A stretch of DNA of 64,000 bases from NCBI GenBank assembly GCA_951406725.2, contig OX597827.1, positions 76,198,001 through 76,262,000 of the forward strand. The letters run 5' to 3'. Below are positions 62,967 through 64,000 of this stretch, in pieces. The DNA comes from Octopus vulgaris (lineage: Eukaryota). Positions within the stretch are counted from its first letter, which is position 1. Each line of letters opens with the position of its first letter. The notes beneath the pieces were generated by a model. It worked only from the letters and a program-made list of their open reading frames with translations. It ran no database searches and had not been told where the DNA came from. A program made the position numbers and the translations under genes.

Positions 62967-63169
62967 TATATCTGTAATATAATATGTGATAATTCTTTGG
63001 CTGGCATAATAAAACTCTGAGTTTCAGATGTCGGAGCAGAAACCAGCATCGGCACCTCTTCAGTTATTGAAGCAATTAAAACTTAATATTGAGGTCTCTT
63101 TCATTCTTTTGTTGTCTCATTACTATTAATATATATATATATATATAATGATATGTAATGAAGGAAATT

Positions 63170-63530
63170 GTTGTATACAGTGCTCAGGTTTAAAAGAAAA
63201 TGCCAACAGGTGTACTGCTGGTGGATTTCAGGAAGCATGGAAGTTTTGAAGGATGTTGTGTCTCGACAGCTAACAACTGATGTGGGTAGCTTATTTCATG
63301 CTTCAGCAACTCTGAGTGCGGAAAAATGTTTCTGGAGGTCATGGGGTGCTGTGTTGTTTTTTGATTTTAAAAGCATGTCCGCAAATGTTTGTCATGTGGA
63401 ATTCAAAAAAGGTGCCCATGGTTGTTGTTGGAACGATGGTGGATAGTCTTATGCGTGTCTACCAATTCAGTTACCAGACATCTAAGCTTCAATATATCCA
63501 TGCCACCCCACACACACTGGACTGTTAGGT
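63170..63530 (-). mobile_element. CR1-like LINE 3' end
   Basis: Minus strand HFSALRVAEA*NKLPTSVVSCRDTTSFK resembles the CR1 ORF2 C-terminal FFxxRVxxxWNxLP motif. Confidence 0.75.
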
Positions 63531-64000
63531 AATCACACTATAGTCAAGATATATACACTGAACTGTTAGATACACACACACACACACATATATATACACA
63601 CTGGGCTGATAGAAATTAAACTGTGACCTAAGTATATATAGACAGGACTGTTAGATAATCCCACAGTATAATATCCTATAGTTTCAGTATGGCCCCCATC
63701 GCCATTTTGGTCCCAACTTAGAATAGAAACCATGCTAATGAGGTTGAGAAAAGCATGAACACTGCAACATCACACTGATACAAGAAGTCTACAGTAAGTA
63801 CTATGGAACACTCTGCTATTGTCTTGCTTTACAACTGATGGCAAGGATACAAACTGTCATGTCTTTAGTTTGTATCATTACTTCTAAGAAAAGAAAGTTG
63901 CTCCACTGATTGGCAGAGACTCACTCCCTGGTACAATAAAACTCTATAATTGGTTGAGACTCACTGATAAAGGCCAGTCACATAACAGCCCAGGGTTATT

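Overview
AT-rich, repeat-dense eukaryotic genomic DNA. It is most likely from a coleoid cephalopod (Octopus-like), inferred from the SINE/MITE families and the clustered C2H2 genes, not proven. It carries three C2H2 zinc-finger genes whose coding sequence lies in a single exon: 13830-16247 (+, 16 intact + 1 degenerate finger), 43047-43742 (+, 8 fingers) and 55235-56596 (-, 8 + 1). Their recognition helices repeat with periods of 4, 3 and 1 fingers. Genes 1 and 3 also appear to share an unnamed Trp-containing C-terminal motif. The rest is tRNA-derived SINEs (one family forms tandem arrays), RTE/CR1/Penelope-like LINE remnants, mariner, hAT-, piggyBac- and Merlin-like MITEs, a non-autonomous Helitron and large microsatellites. 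The most unusual items are a retroposed U2 snRNA fused to the 3' tail used by the local SINE family (candidate U2-derived SINE), the periodic ZNF arrays with a 134-bp perfect internal conversion tract, degenerate hammerhead-ribozyme-like motifs and long hairpins embedded in (TA/CA)n, and a 1.2-kb triplet-phased GAA higher-order repeat. Most other ORFs in the supplied track are artefacts of microsatellites or SINEs.
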